From assembly GCA_002712715.1 (NCBI GenBank), contig PAUF01000007.1, positions 310,403 through 374,402 on the forward strand: a stretch of 64,000 nt of DNA, read 5' to 3'. This DNA comes from Flavobacteriales bacterium (GTDB lineage: Bacteria > Bacteroidota > Bacteroidia > Flavobacteriales > BACL11). The notes below the pieces were generated by a model. It was not told the origin of the DNA. It was given only the letters and a program-made list of their open reading frames with translations, and ran no database searches. This document shows positions 47,845 to 56,563 of this stretch, in pieces (the first letter of the stretch is position 1; every line of letters starts with the position of its first letter). The position numbers were made by a program, and so were the translations under genes.

Positions 47845-50424
47845 TTATTTTCCTAACAACTTCTTTATTTCATTCAATTTCATTAATGATTCTACTGGAG
47901 TAAGCGTGTCAATATTAATCTCTAAAATTTCTTCTTTAATTTGTAATAAGGTAGGATCATCTAATTGATAGAAACTTAGTTGCATATCATCTTTTGAGTT
48001 AATATTATTTTTATTACCCTCTTTACTTCTGGAATTCTCTAATTTCTTTAGTATCCTTTTACTATTGACTATTATATCTTTGGGCATTCCAGCCATTTTA
48101 GCAACATGAATCCCAAAACTGTGTTCACTGCCTCCTTTTTCTAGTTTTCTTATAAAAATTATTTTATTATTGACTTCCTTTACAGATACATTGAAGTTTT
48201 TAATTCTATAGAATTGTTTGCTCATTTCATTTAATTCATGATAATGTGTTGCAAATAATGTTTTTGCTGTATATTTATTTTCATGTAGATATTCTGCAAT
48301 AGCCCACGCTATGGATATTCCATCATAGGTACTAGTCCCTCTGCCTATTTCATCTAAGAGAATCAAGCTTCTTTTAGAAAGATTATTTAAAATACTGGCT
48401 GTTTCATTCATCTCTACCATGAAGGTTGATTCCCCCATCGAAATGTTATCAGAAGCTCCAACTCTAGTAAATATTTTGTCTGTTATTCCTAATTCAGCTG
48501 CTTCTGCTGGAATAAAGGACCCTATTTGAGCCATTATAACTATTAATGCTGTTTGTCTAAGAAGAGCAGATTTTCCAGACATATTTGGACCCGTAACCAT
48601 CATTATTTGTTGATTTTTTTGATCTAGATGAATATCATTTGGAATATATATTTCTTCTGATTTTAGATGTTTTTCAATAATTGGATGTCTACCATTTTTA
48701 ATTATTATAGTTGTTGAATTATTTATGATTGGTTTTTTGTAGTTATTGTTTTTTGCGTTCTGAGCAAATGAACAAAGAACATCTATTTTTGATATTAGTC
48801 TAGAATTTAATTGAATTAAATGTATGAAGGGTAATAATTTCAGAATTAGATCATTGTAAATATTATTTTCTAATTCAATTATTTTACTTTCAGCAGATAG
48901 AATTTTTACTTCATATGTTTTTAATTCTTCGCTTATATATCTTTCTGCACTAACTAAGGTTTGTTTTCTAATCCAATTTTCAGGAACCTTATCTTTATGA
49001 ATATTACGTACTTCTAAATAATATCCAAAGACATTGTTAAATGATATTTTCAATGAAGTTATTCCAGTCTTTTCGATTTCCTTTTCTAGTATTTTTTGTA
49101 AATGATCTTTTCCTTCTGATGAGATTTGACGAAATTCATCTAGTTGTTTGTTAACTCCGCTTTTGATAACATTTCCTTTAGAGATTAATACCGGAGGGTC
49201 ATCTTGAATTGTTTTTTCAATCAACTCTATAATATTTGTACAGTTATTAATTTCACTTCCTAAAAATTTCAATTTTTTACTATTTGATTTAGAACAAATC
49301 GCTTTTATTGAGATAATTTTTATAAGAGAATGTTTTAATTTAATAAATTCTTTTGGAGATATTCTCTGAGTAGATATTTTGGAAACAATTCTTTCTAAGT
49401 CGCCAATTTCATTTAGTTCTTTTAATAATGATTTAAGTAATCCTTCATTTTGTACAAAAAGTTCAACTAAGGATAATCTCTCTTCTATTTTTCCTTTATC
49501 GATTAGGGGTAGAGCTAGCCATTTTTTTATTAATCTGCTTCCCATGGGAGTATTAGTATTATCAAGACAGTTGATAAGAGAATGATTTTTGTGGTTATGA
49601 GAGTAAAATAAATCAAGATTTTTTATGGTAAATTTGTCCATCCACACGAATTTTTCTTGATCTATTCTTGCAATTTGGGAAATATGTTGAGTTAAATGAT
49701 GTTTGGTTTCTTTTAGATAGTGTAGTATACTTCCCGCCGCAATACATCCGAGCTTTAATTCTTCTATCCCAAAACCTTTTAAGTTTTTAGTATTGAATTG
49801 TTGAGTTAAAAGATCGTTAGCGTAATCTTGTTTGAAAATCCACTCTTCAAGCATATATGTACACAATTCATTATTAAAGTTTTCTTCAAAATCTTTCTTT
49901 TTGTTGCGTTGATATAGAATTTCAGAGGGATTGAAACTTTGGACTAGTTTAATTATTTCTGTATATGGTCCTTCTGAAACAAAAAACTCCCCTGTACTTA
50001 TATCTAGGAAGGAAATTCCAGCAACATTTTTTTGGAAATGTATTGCAGATAAAAAATTATTTTGTTTGAGGTCATGGGTATTTCGATATGAAACGCCAGG
50101 GGTTACCAATTCTGTAACTCCTCTTTTTACTATTTTTTTAGTTGTTTTAGGATCTTCAAGTTGATCACAAATTGCTACTCTAAGACCTGCTTTAACTAAT
50201 TTTGGGAGATGAGAGTCTAGTGAATGATAAGGAAATCCTGCAAGTTCAATTTTAGATGATCCATTTGACCTATTAGTTAATATTATGTCAAGTATTTTTG
50301 AAGTTTTAATTGCGTCTTTTCCAAAAGTTTCATAGAAATCCCCAACTCTAAATAATAAAATAGCGTCTGGATACTTAGATTTAATTTTATTGAATTGACT
50401 CATCAGAGGTGTTTCCTTCTTCAT
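47845..50424 (-). CDS. mutS: DNA mismatch repair protein MutS
   Basis: The ATG at 50424 gives MKKETPLMSQFNKIKSKYPDAILLFRVGDFYETFG, the canonical MutS N-terminus. Walker A GPNMSGKS and the later DEIGRGTSTYDG motif. Confidence 0.95.
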   Translation of the reverse strand: MKKETPLMSQFNKIKSKYPDAILLFRVGDFYETFGKDAIKTSKILDIILTNRSNGSSKIELAGFPYHSLDSHLPKLVKAGLRVAICDQLEDPKTTKKIVKRGVTELVTPGVSYRNTHDLKQNNFLSAIHFQKNVAGISFLDISTGEFFVSEGPYTEIIKLVQSFNPSEILYQRNKKKDFEENFNNELCTYMLEEWIFKQDYANDLLTQQFNTKNLKGFGIEELKLGCIAAGSILHYLKETKHHLTQHISQIARIDQEKFVWMDKFTIKNLDLFYSHNHKNHSLINCLDNTNTPMGSRLIKKWLALPLIDKGKIEERLSLVELFVQNEGLLKSLLKELNEIGDLERIVSKISTQRISPKEFIKLKHSLIKIISIKAICSKSNSKKLKFLGSEINNCTNIIELIEKTIQDDPPVLISKGNVIKSGVNKQLDEFRQISSEGKDHLQKILEKEIEKTGITSLKISFNNVFGYYLEVRNIHKDKVPENWIRKQTLVSAERYISEELKTYEVKILSAESKIIELENNIYNDLILKLLPFIHLIQLNSRLISKIDVLCSFAQNAKNNNYKKPIINNSTTIIIKNGRHPIIEKHLKSEEIYIPNDIHLDQKNQQIMMVTGPNMSGKSALLRQTALIVIMAQIGSFIPAEAAELGITDKIFTRVGASDNISMGESTFMVEMNETASILNNLSKRSLILLDEIGRGTSTYDGISIAWAIAEYLHENKYTAKTLFATHYHELNEMSKQFYRIKNFNVSVKEVNNKIIFIRKLEKGGSEHSFGIHVAKMAGMPKDIIVNSKRILKKLENSRSKEGNKNNINSKDDMQLSFYQLDDPTLLQIKEEILEINIDTLTPVESLMKLNEIKKLLGK

Positions 50425-50479
50425 TTTTTTATGCTTTTCGCTCAATTTTATTTTTACTTTTGTATTACAAATATAATAT

Positions 50480-51013
50480 ATGCGAAAGTTAAAAAATCGA
50501 GAATTAGAAAGAATATCTGTTGAAAACTTTAAGATTTCAAAAAAAACTCCTATATCAATCATTTTGGATAATGTTAGGTCTGCAATTAATGTAGGGTCCG
50601 TTTTTCGAACTTCAGATGCATTTAGAATTGAGAAATTATTTTTATGCGGTATCACTGCATTTCCACCTAATAATGAAATTAGAAAATCCGCTTTAGGTGC
50701 TGAAAATGTTGTAGAATGGGAGTATAGAAGATCAACTGAAGAAGTTGTTTTTGCATTAAGAAAAGAAGGTTTTAAGATCCTAGCTGTTGAGCAGGTTGAA
50801 GATTCAACATATCTTGATTATTATAATTATGATGGATCTCCCATAGCATTGATTTTCGGAAATGAAGTAAGTGGAGTGAGTCAATCAGTAATTGATCTTT
50901 GTGATGGATGTCTTGAAATTCAGCAAATTGGAACCAAGCATTCGATGAATATATCAGTATGTGCTGGTATAGTAATGTGGGATTTTTGGAGAAAAATTAA
51001 TCAAAAATTTTAA
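50480..51013 (+). CDS. TrmH/SpoU-family RNA 2'-O-methyltransferase
   Basis: LDNVRSAINVGSVFRTSDAF, LIFGNEVSGVS and LEIQQIGTKHSMNISV SPOUT motifs. Confidence 0.85.
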   Translation: MRKLKNRELERISVENFKISKKTPISIILDNVRSAINVGSVFRTSDAFRIEKLFLCGITAFPPNNEIRKSALGAENVVEWEYRRSTEEVVFALRKEGFKILAVEQVEDSTYLDYYNYDGSPIALIFGNEVSGVSQSVIDLCDGCLEIQQIGTKHSMNISVCAGIVMWDFWRKINQKF

Positions 51014-52604
51014 AATCTACTCTTCTATTAATTTCATCAATAAACTTAGTTTTAATCTCCTGTTTATCAGATAATTTTTTTATTATATTATTTTTGTCTC
51101 CGTTGCTTTGTATCACAAATCTTTTAATATCAATATTGAAATTTGAAGAAAGGTAGCTTGCTGTCTCTTGTGCTCTCTTTAAGGCAATTTGGTAGTTATT
51201 TTTGCTTGTTCCATTATTGTCCGCATTTCCAATGACAATTAATTTAATATTATCATTATTATGCATCATGATGGCTATGTTTGCTAATTTACTTGCATTA
51301 GAGCTGTTAATATATGAGCTGCTTTTTTCAAAATAAATAGAAGGTATAAACGCTAAGTTATTGTAATTAGATCCAATTGAAATTCCATATTCATTTACTA
51401 TTGAACCAACTAATGTTTTAGCTTCTAGATCTTTACTGTCAGGGACTCCATCAAAGTCAGAGTCGAACTCGACTCCATATTTATCTACAATCGCCCCTTT
51501 ATTTGAGAATGGCTCTTTATCTAAATAGTCAGGAACATTGTCCATATCAACATCTAAAGCTTTACCTGAACCATCCACAGATACCCCTAGTGGGGTATTT
51601 ATTTCTTTATCATAAACATCAGATACTCCATCGGAGTCTGTATCTTGGTTAAGCCAATTAATTTTTGCTTTTGTGGTATTTAAAGAGTTTTGAATTTCAT
51701 CTAGTGGAGTTATCCATTTGTCATCAGGTTTAGAACTGATTTTGTATGAAAAACCAACAGCGTAGAAATTGAAATTATCATCTTTTGCATTATTGTTATG
51801 AGAGTCCCATAGGTCAGTATAGGCTTTTCTTTTTGTTAGATCAAATATTAATGATAATTTTTCATTTATCTCATATTTAGAAAATAAACCTAAAATATAA
51901 GTTGATTCTCTTGGTGAGGATCTTAGGTCTAACTTTTCAAAATTAGAGTTTTGAAGATAGACCCCTTCTTTGTATCCATAGCTATATATATAGTTTCCAG
52001 ACCCTAGATTCCTATTAATACTATTAAATGTATTAATACCTATACCTGTTTTAAGATAGAAGCTGTATTTATTATTATATGGAGTTGTAAATAATGATAA
52101 GGCATTAGTTAGATTTAGTATAATTTGAAAATCTAATTCTTTAAAATTTGTGATAAAGTACTCCCCATTCCCTTCATAAAATCCAGGATATGGTTCATAA
52201 ACTTCATAGTCTTCTCCAATTTTTTCTCTTTTAAGTCCTCCAAATTTTCCAGTAATAAAACTTGTTTGAATAGCAAGAATATGATTTAAATGTTTTGTTA
52301 TTGAGATTTCAATGGAGGGCTGGATATCGAAGAAATTCATTTCTTCATCGTAAGATGGTAGAAAATCACGGTTTCTTATGTCTCCAAAAGCTTGTGTGCC
52401 TCCAATTAAAATATTGAAATCAGAGTTGGCTAACATTTTTTTTATCTGTAAGTTTTGGAAACTCACATTATATTTTAAAATATTCGTATCTCTATTATTA
52501 ATTTGTATTTCGAAATGTTCTTTACTTTCATTTTCTGATTGAGAGTATGCAGAAAAAAAACAAAATAAAACTAATATTATTGTAAGATTTTTATTGAAAA
52601 ACAT
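50997..52604 (-). CDS. OmpA-family outer-membrane protein with thrombospondin type 3 repeats
   Basis: Signal peptide and N-terminal barrel region. Acidic repeats DTDSDGVSDVYDKE, DVDMDNVPDYLDKE and DSDFDGVPDSKD. C-terminal OmpA-like domain: VIGNADNNGTSKNNYQIALKRAQ. Confidence 0.85.
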   Translation of the reverse strand: MFFNKNLTIILVLFCFFSAYSQSENESKEHFEIQINNRDTNILKYNVSFQNLQIKKMLANSDFNILIGGTQAFGDIRNRDFLPSYDEEMNFFDIQPSIEISITKHLNHILAIQTSFITGKFGGLKREKIGEDYEVYEPYPGFYEGNGEYFITNFKELDFQIILNLTNALSLFTTPYNNKYSFYLKTGIGINTFNSINRNLGSGNYIYSYGYKEGVYLQNSNFEKLDLRSSPRESTYILGLFSKYEINEKLSLIFDLTKRKAYTDLWDSHNNNAKDDNFNFYAVGFSYKISSKPDDKWITPLDEIQNSLNTTKAKINWLNQDTDSDGVSDVYDKEINTPLGVSVDGSGKALDVDMDNVPDYLDKEPFSNKGAIVDKYGVEFDSDFDGVPDSKDLEAKTLVGSIVNEYGISIGSNYNNLAFIPSIYFEKSSSYINSSNASKLANIAIMMHNNDNIKLIVIGNADNNGTSKNNYQIALKRAQETASYLSSNFNIDIKRFVIQSNGDKNNIIKKLSDKQEIKTKFIDEINRRVDFKIFD

Positions 52605-52623
52605 ATATATAATTTTTTCATAT

Positions 52624-52631
52624 ACAAATCT
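52624..52631 (-). promoter_or_regulatory. Bacteroidota -7 box TAGATTTG upstream of the OmpA/TSP3 gene
   Basis: The reverse complement of caaatcta matches TAnnTTTG, 20 nt upstream of the ATG at 52604. Confidence 0.45.
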
Positions 52632-52664
52632 AAACTTTTTTCTTAATTTAATGATGAATAAACT

Positions 52665-52672
52665 ATATATTT
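52665..52672 (+). promoter_or_regulatory. Bacteroidota -7 box TATATTTG upstream of the 585-aa lipoprotein gene
   Basis: Perfect TAnnTTTG, 21 nt upstream of the ATG at 52693. Confidence 0.45.
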
Positions 52673-52692
52673 GTAAGTAAAATGAAATTAAA

Positions 52693-54450
52693 ATGAAGAA
52701 TTTATTATATCTATTATCATTAATCTTATTAGTGTTTTTTTCTAATTGTGGATTAGAACAAATGGCGATGAATTATCATAAAGTAGAGTATTCTAATGAT
52801 AAAAATCCATTAGAACTTCATTCTGGAAAAGTAAAGTTTAATTTGTTGGGTAAGTTTCCAGCATATTATTTTCCTAAGAAAGCGAATTTGGTTATAACTC
52901 CTGTAATTGTTTGTGATGATAATTATGAATTGCCATTCGATCCAATAAATTTACAAGGAGAATCTATGTCTGGAGGTGATGCAACTATTTTTAACGAATC
53001 AGGTGGAGAATTTTCACAGGTTTTGGAATTTGATTTTATGGAATGGGTTTCTTATGGTTATGATTTCCATAACCTTTCATTAGAGTTACGAGCGATAGCT
53101 TCTTTGGATACTAGCGAGATTATTTTAGATACTGTCAAATTATCTAGTGGATTGATAACTACTTCGAATAATTTATATAATTGTGATAATCCTGTATTTG
53201 CTTCTCATAATTATGATGATACAACCTTTTTGGAAAGTTCGGCTATAATTTATTTTCTAGTCAATAAAAGCAATATTAGAACTTCCGAAAAAAGTGATGA
53301 TGATGTAAAAAAACTTCAAGATTTTATAAAAAACGGATATGAAACAGCTAGATTTGAGATCCGATCATACGCTTCACCTGAAGGTGATGTGAATTGGAAT
53401 GATGAGTTAAGTGATAATAGAAATGAAAGTACTTTAAGCTACGCAAAACAGCTTATGAGACAATTAAGAGCTGATGGTTCATCTGACAATGATAAATACG
53501 TAACAGTTTCTGTTGGAGGAGATTTTGATGGATTTTATAATTTAGTAAAATCTTCTAGTATCGATGATAAATCTATGATAAACCGTATTGTTAAGTCTAA
53601 TAAAACAGATAAACAAAGAGAGCAGGCTATTAGAGATATGGCTGAAGTATATGACGCTATAGATAATGATATTTTACCTTTTTTACGTAAGGCAGAAATT
53701 ACAATAAAAGCTTATCAACCTAAAAGACAATTTGAAGACATGAAGCGAGATTTTGAACAAGGGGTATTTCAGGAAAATCATGTAAACGAACTATTATATT
53801 TGGCTTCTAAGTTTAATGATTCAATTTCAATGCAGTTATATGGACTAGCCGCTCAAAAATATAATAGCTGGGAAGCGTACAATAATTTAGCTGCATTATT
53901 GATGACGGACGCAATGACTAAAAAACCATTTGGGGATATATATTTTAGTGAGAGAATATCACAGCTTTTAGATTCAGCTAGAGTTCACTCAGGTATGAAT
54001 GGTGTTGCGGATGCAACTATCAGAGAAAATTTATCAATACTTAGTTCCTGGAGTTATGATTTTTCAAAGGATGATTTATTTGATAATTATTCTCAAATAG
54101 ATTTTATTCGAAAAGGAGATTATTTTAAGGCAATTTCAAGTTCAAAAAATTTCAGCACATATAATTATACTTTAGCTAAAATACTTAGTGGTGAAAATAT
54201 ATTATGTGATTGCGCTAATATTACAAATAGTAAAATTAAGTCTGAGTGTCATTATCTGAATGCTATTTCGTATGCAAGGCAAGGCAATGTTAAAAATTGT
54301 GTTAATCAGCTAAGTTTGTATATGAAATTTTGTTTTGATTGTAAGAGTATGAATAACAGAATTCTTAATGATGATGAATTTAAGGTATTTGAAGATAATG
54401 AAGATATGAAAGGTTTAATAGAAAAAAATCTAAATAATAATATTGATTAG
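52693..54450 (+). CDS. lipoprotein with central OmpA-like domain and helical-repeat C-terminal region
   Basis: Lipobox FFSNCG. FLVNKSNIR...IRSYASPEGDVNWNDELSDNR follows the OmpA-like peptidoglycan-binding pattern. The C-terminal part looks helical and TPR-like. Confidence 0.55.
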   Translation: MKNLLYLLSLILLVFFSNCGLEQMAMNYHKVEYSNDKNPLELHSGKVKFNLLGKFPAYYFPKKANLVITPVIVCDDNYELPFDPINLQGESMSGGDATIFNESGGEFSQVLEFDFMEWVSYGYDFHNLSLELRAIASLDTSEIILDTVKLSSGLITTSNNLYNCDNPVFASHNYDDTTFLESSAIIYFLVNKSNIRTSEKSDDDVKKLQDFIKNGYETARFEIRSYASPEGDVNWNDELSDNRNESTLSYAKQLMRQLRADGSSDNDKYVTVSVGGDFDGFYNLVKSSSIDDKSMINRIVKSNKTDKQREQAIRDMAEVYDAIDNDILPFLRKAEITIKAYQPKRQFEDMKRDFEQGVFQENHVNELLYLASKFNDSISMQLYGLAAQKYNSWEAYNNLAALLMTDAMTKKPFGDIYFSERISQLLDSARVHSGMNGVADATIRENLSILSSWSYDFSKDDLFDNYSQIDFIRKGDYFKAISSSKNFSTYNYTLAKILSGENILCDCANITNSKIKSECHYLNAISYARQGNVKNCVNQLSLYMKFCFDCKSMNNRILNDDEFKVFEDNEDMKGLIEKNLNNNID

Positions 54451-54483
54451 CATTTTGGTATTGTAAAGTAATTAATTTTTATA

Positions 54484-55380
54484 ATGGGTATCGTTAAACC
54501 AACTTTTATTGTTATAGGAGCAATGAAGGCAGCCACCACATCTCTATATACTTATTTGAGACAGCATCCCCAAATATATATGCCTGATAAAAAAGAGATT
54601 TTGTTTTTTAACAATTTTCAACAAAAAAATAATTTTAAGACCTTAGGAAAAAGAAAGCATTCATCTATGACTTTAGAAGAATACTTTAATTTTTTTAAAG
54701 GAGTTAAGGATGAGATAGCTATTGGAGAAGCTTCTCCAGCATATCTATATAATATAAAATCACCAGAACTTATTTCGAAACATCTGCCTGGAATAAAATT
54801 AATTGTAATATTAAGACATCCTACTGATAGAGCTTATTCCAATTTTTTGCACTTACGAAAATCTGCCAGAGAAAAATTTAAAGATTTTGAAATGGCAATT
54901 GATATAGAAGATAAAAGGATCAATGAAAATTGGAGTCCATTATACCATTATATTAGAAAAGGATATTATTCTCAGCAGTTGAATAGGTATTATTCAAGAT
55001 TCCCTAAAGAAAATATAAAGGTTATTTTATTTGAAGAATTTGTGAATAAGACAGAAGAATCACTAAAAGATCTTTTCTTATTTTTAAATGTTGATCCTCT
55101 TTATAATGTAGACATGAAAAAAAAAGTAAATATTGGGGGTTCCCCAAAAGGTTTTGTAGGCCACTTGATTAAACATTTAAACTATTATGATTTAATTCCT
55201 GAAAAAATCAGTCAATACGTCCCTCAATTTGTGAAAAATAACATATTAAAAATGGCATATGAAAAACCTGAAAAAATTGATGAAAATTTAAGAAGAAATA
55301 TTACTAATAAGTATTATAAGGAAGAGATTAATTGTTTACAGAAAATGATAGGCAAAGATCTTTCTCATTGGCTATCATAA
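54484..55380 (+). CDS. PAPS-dependent sulfotransferase family protein (cytoplasmic)
   Basis: 5'-PSB loop IVIGAMKAATTSLY and 3'-PB motif ILRHPTDRAYSNF. No signal peptide. Confidence 0.8.
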   Translation: MGIVKPTFIVIGAMKAATTSLYTYLRQHPQIYMPDKKEILFFNNFQQKNNFKTLGKRKHSSMTLEEYFNFFKGVKDEIAIGEASPAYLYNIKSPELISKHLPGIKLIVILRHPTDRAYSNFLHLRKSAREKFKDFEMAIDIEDKRINENWSPLYHYIRKGYYSQQLNRYYSRFPKENIKVILFEEFVNKTEESLKDLFLFLNVDPLYNVDMKKKVNIGGSPKGFVGHLIKHLNYYDLIPEKISQYVPQFVKNNILKMAYEKPEKIDENLRRNITNKYYKEEINCLQKMIGKDLSHWLS

Positions 55381-56016
55381 AATCTTTTTGATGATCTCTG
55401 AATTTGTTTCAAAAGTTAAATTATTAAGAATATGTACAATTTCGTTAAATGATCTTAAATGATTAACAAAATCTATCTTTGTAACATCTAGGATTAGCAC
55501 TTTCGAATGTGATTGTTTTTTTAAATAATCAAAATATTTAAGTTCTATGTTTTTTAGGTATTTCAAATCCAACCCTCTTTCATAATATCTATCTCTATGG
55601 TCAATATTAGATTTTAATCTATCTATATCAGCATGAAGATAAATAATTAAATCAGGGTTTCTAATTGTACTTGACATGATACTATATAGTCTGGCAAACA
55701 AATTATATTTTTCATCACTTAAATTGTTTTGAGCAAATAATAGAGATTTAAAAAAAGCGTAGTCAGAAATAATTTGATTAGAGAATAAAGTTTCAGAAGA
55801 TCTTTTGTCACTTAATTGCTGAAATCTTTCAGCAAGAAAAAACAATTCCAATGCTAATGCATCGTTCTCTTTATTTTTATAAAAATCATTTAAAAACGGG
55901 TTATTCTCAAATCTTTCAAGAACAATTTTAGATTCATATACATTAGAAAGTTGTTTGGAAAGAGAGGTCTTTCCACTTCCAATGTTGCCTTCAATGGAGA
56001 TGAAATTAAAGTTCAT
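55375..56016 (-). CDS. deoxynucleoside kinase (paralogue 1)
   Basis: P-loop ISIEGNIGSGKTSL, an ERF..NPFL motif and DR-type motifs of the dNK/dCK-dGK family. Confidence 0.85.
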   Translation of the reverse strand: MNFNFISIEGNIGSGKTSLSKQLSNVYESKIVLERFENNPFLNDFYKNKENDALALELFFLAERFQQLSDKRSSETLFSNQIISDYAFFKSLLFAQNNLSDEKYNLFARLYSIMSSTIRNPDLIIYLHADIDRLKSNIDHRDRYYERGLDLKYLKNIELKYFDYLKKQSHSKVLILDVTKIDFVNHLRSFNEIVHILNNLTFETNSEIIKKIL

Positions 56017-56491
56017 ATTTTACTACCTTTTCTTTGTCAGTACAGTTTTCTTTAATATGTTTAATAGATTTTTGTAATATGGGGTGTACTAATTCTGAAG
56101 CAATTTGATTTAGTGGAATTAAAACAAAATTCCTCTCTTGAATGAATGGATGAGGAATAATCAGATTAGACTGATTTATGATATCCTGATTGAAAAACAG
56201 TATATCAATATCTATTATTCTAGATCCCCATTTTTTTGTACGGACTCTGCCTAATTTATCTTCTATGATTAAGCATTTTTTTAAGACTTCCTGAGCTTTT
56301 AGCGAGCTTTCTATTTCAATCACTAGATTAATAAATTTAGGTTGTTGTGTATGTCCCCAAGGATTTGTTTCAAAGTAATCTGATTTTTTAGTAATATTCC
56401 CAACTGTTTTTTGCAAAAGAAACATCGAATTTTCAATGTTTGAAAATCGTTCTTTTAAATTACTGCCTAGTTGTAAATAGATTTTATTCAT
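56006..56491 (-). CDS. folK: 2-amino-4-hydroxy-6-hydroxymethyldihydropteridine diphosphokinase
   Basis: YLQLGSN, WGSRIIDIDILFF and IPHP motifs of HPPK. Confidence 0.9.
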   Translation of the reverse strand: MNKIYLQLGSNLKERFSNIENSMFLLQKTVGNITKKSDYFETNPWGHTQQPKFINLVIEIESSLKAQEVLKKCLIIEDKLGRVRTKKWGSRIIDIDILFFNQDIINQSNLIIPHPFIQERNFVLIPLNQIASELVHPILQKSIKHIKENCTDKEKVVKYEL

Positions 56492-56507
56492 TTAATTAAA
56501 CAAAGTT

Positions 56508-56515
56508 CAAATATA
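56508..56515 (-). promoter_or_regulatory. Bacteroidota -7 box TATATTTG upstream of folK
   Basis: The reverse complement of caaatata is a perfect TAnnTTTG, 17 nt upstream of the ATG at 56491. Confidence 0.45.
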
Positions 56516-56563
56516 CTCATATCAAAAATATTTTTACTAATTTTATATTTTAAAACAAATCTT

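Noticed and set aside
50425-50655. 77-codon N-terminal extension of mutS in the ORF track (start at 50655)
   Set aside because: The extension overlaps the divergent trmH gene and has no MutS similarity. The canonical MutS N-terminus MKKETPLMSQF...GDFYETFG begins at the ATG at 50424.
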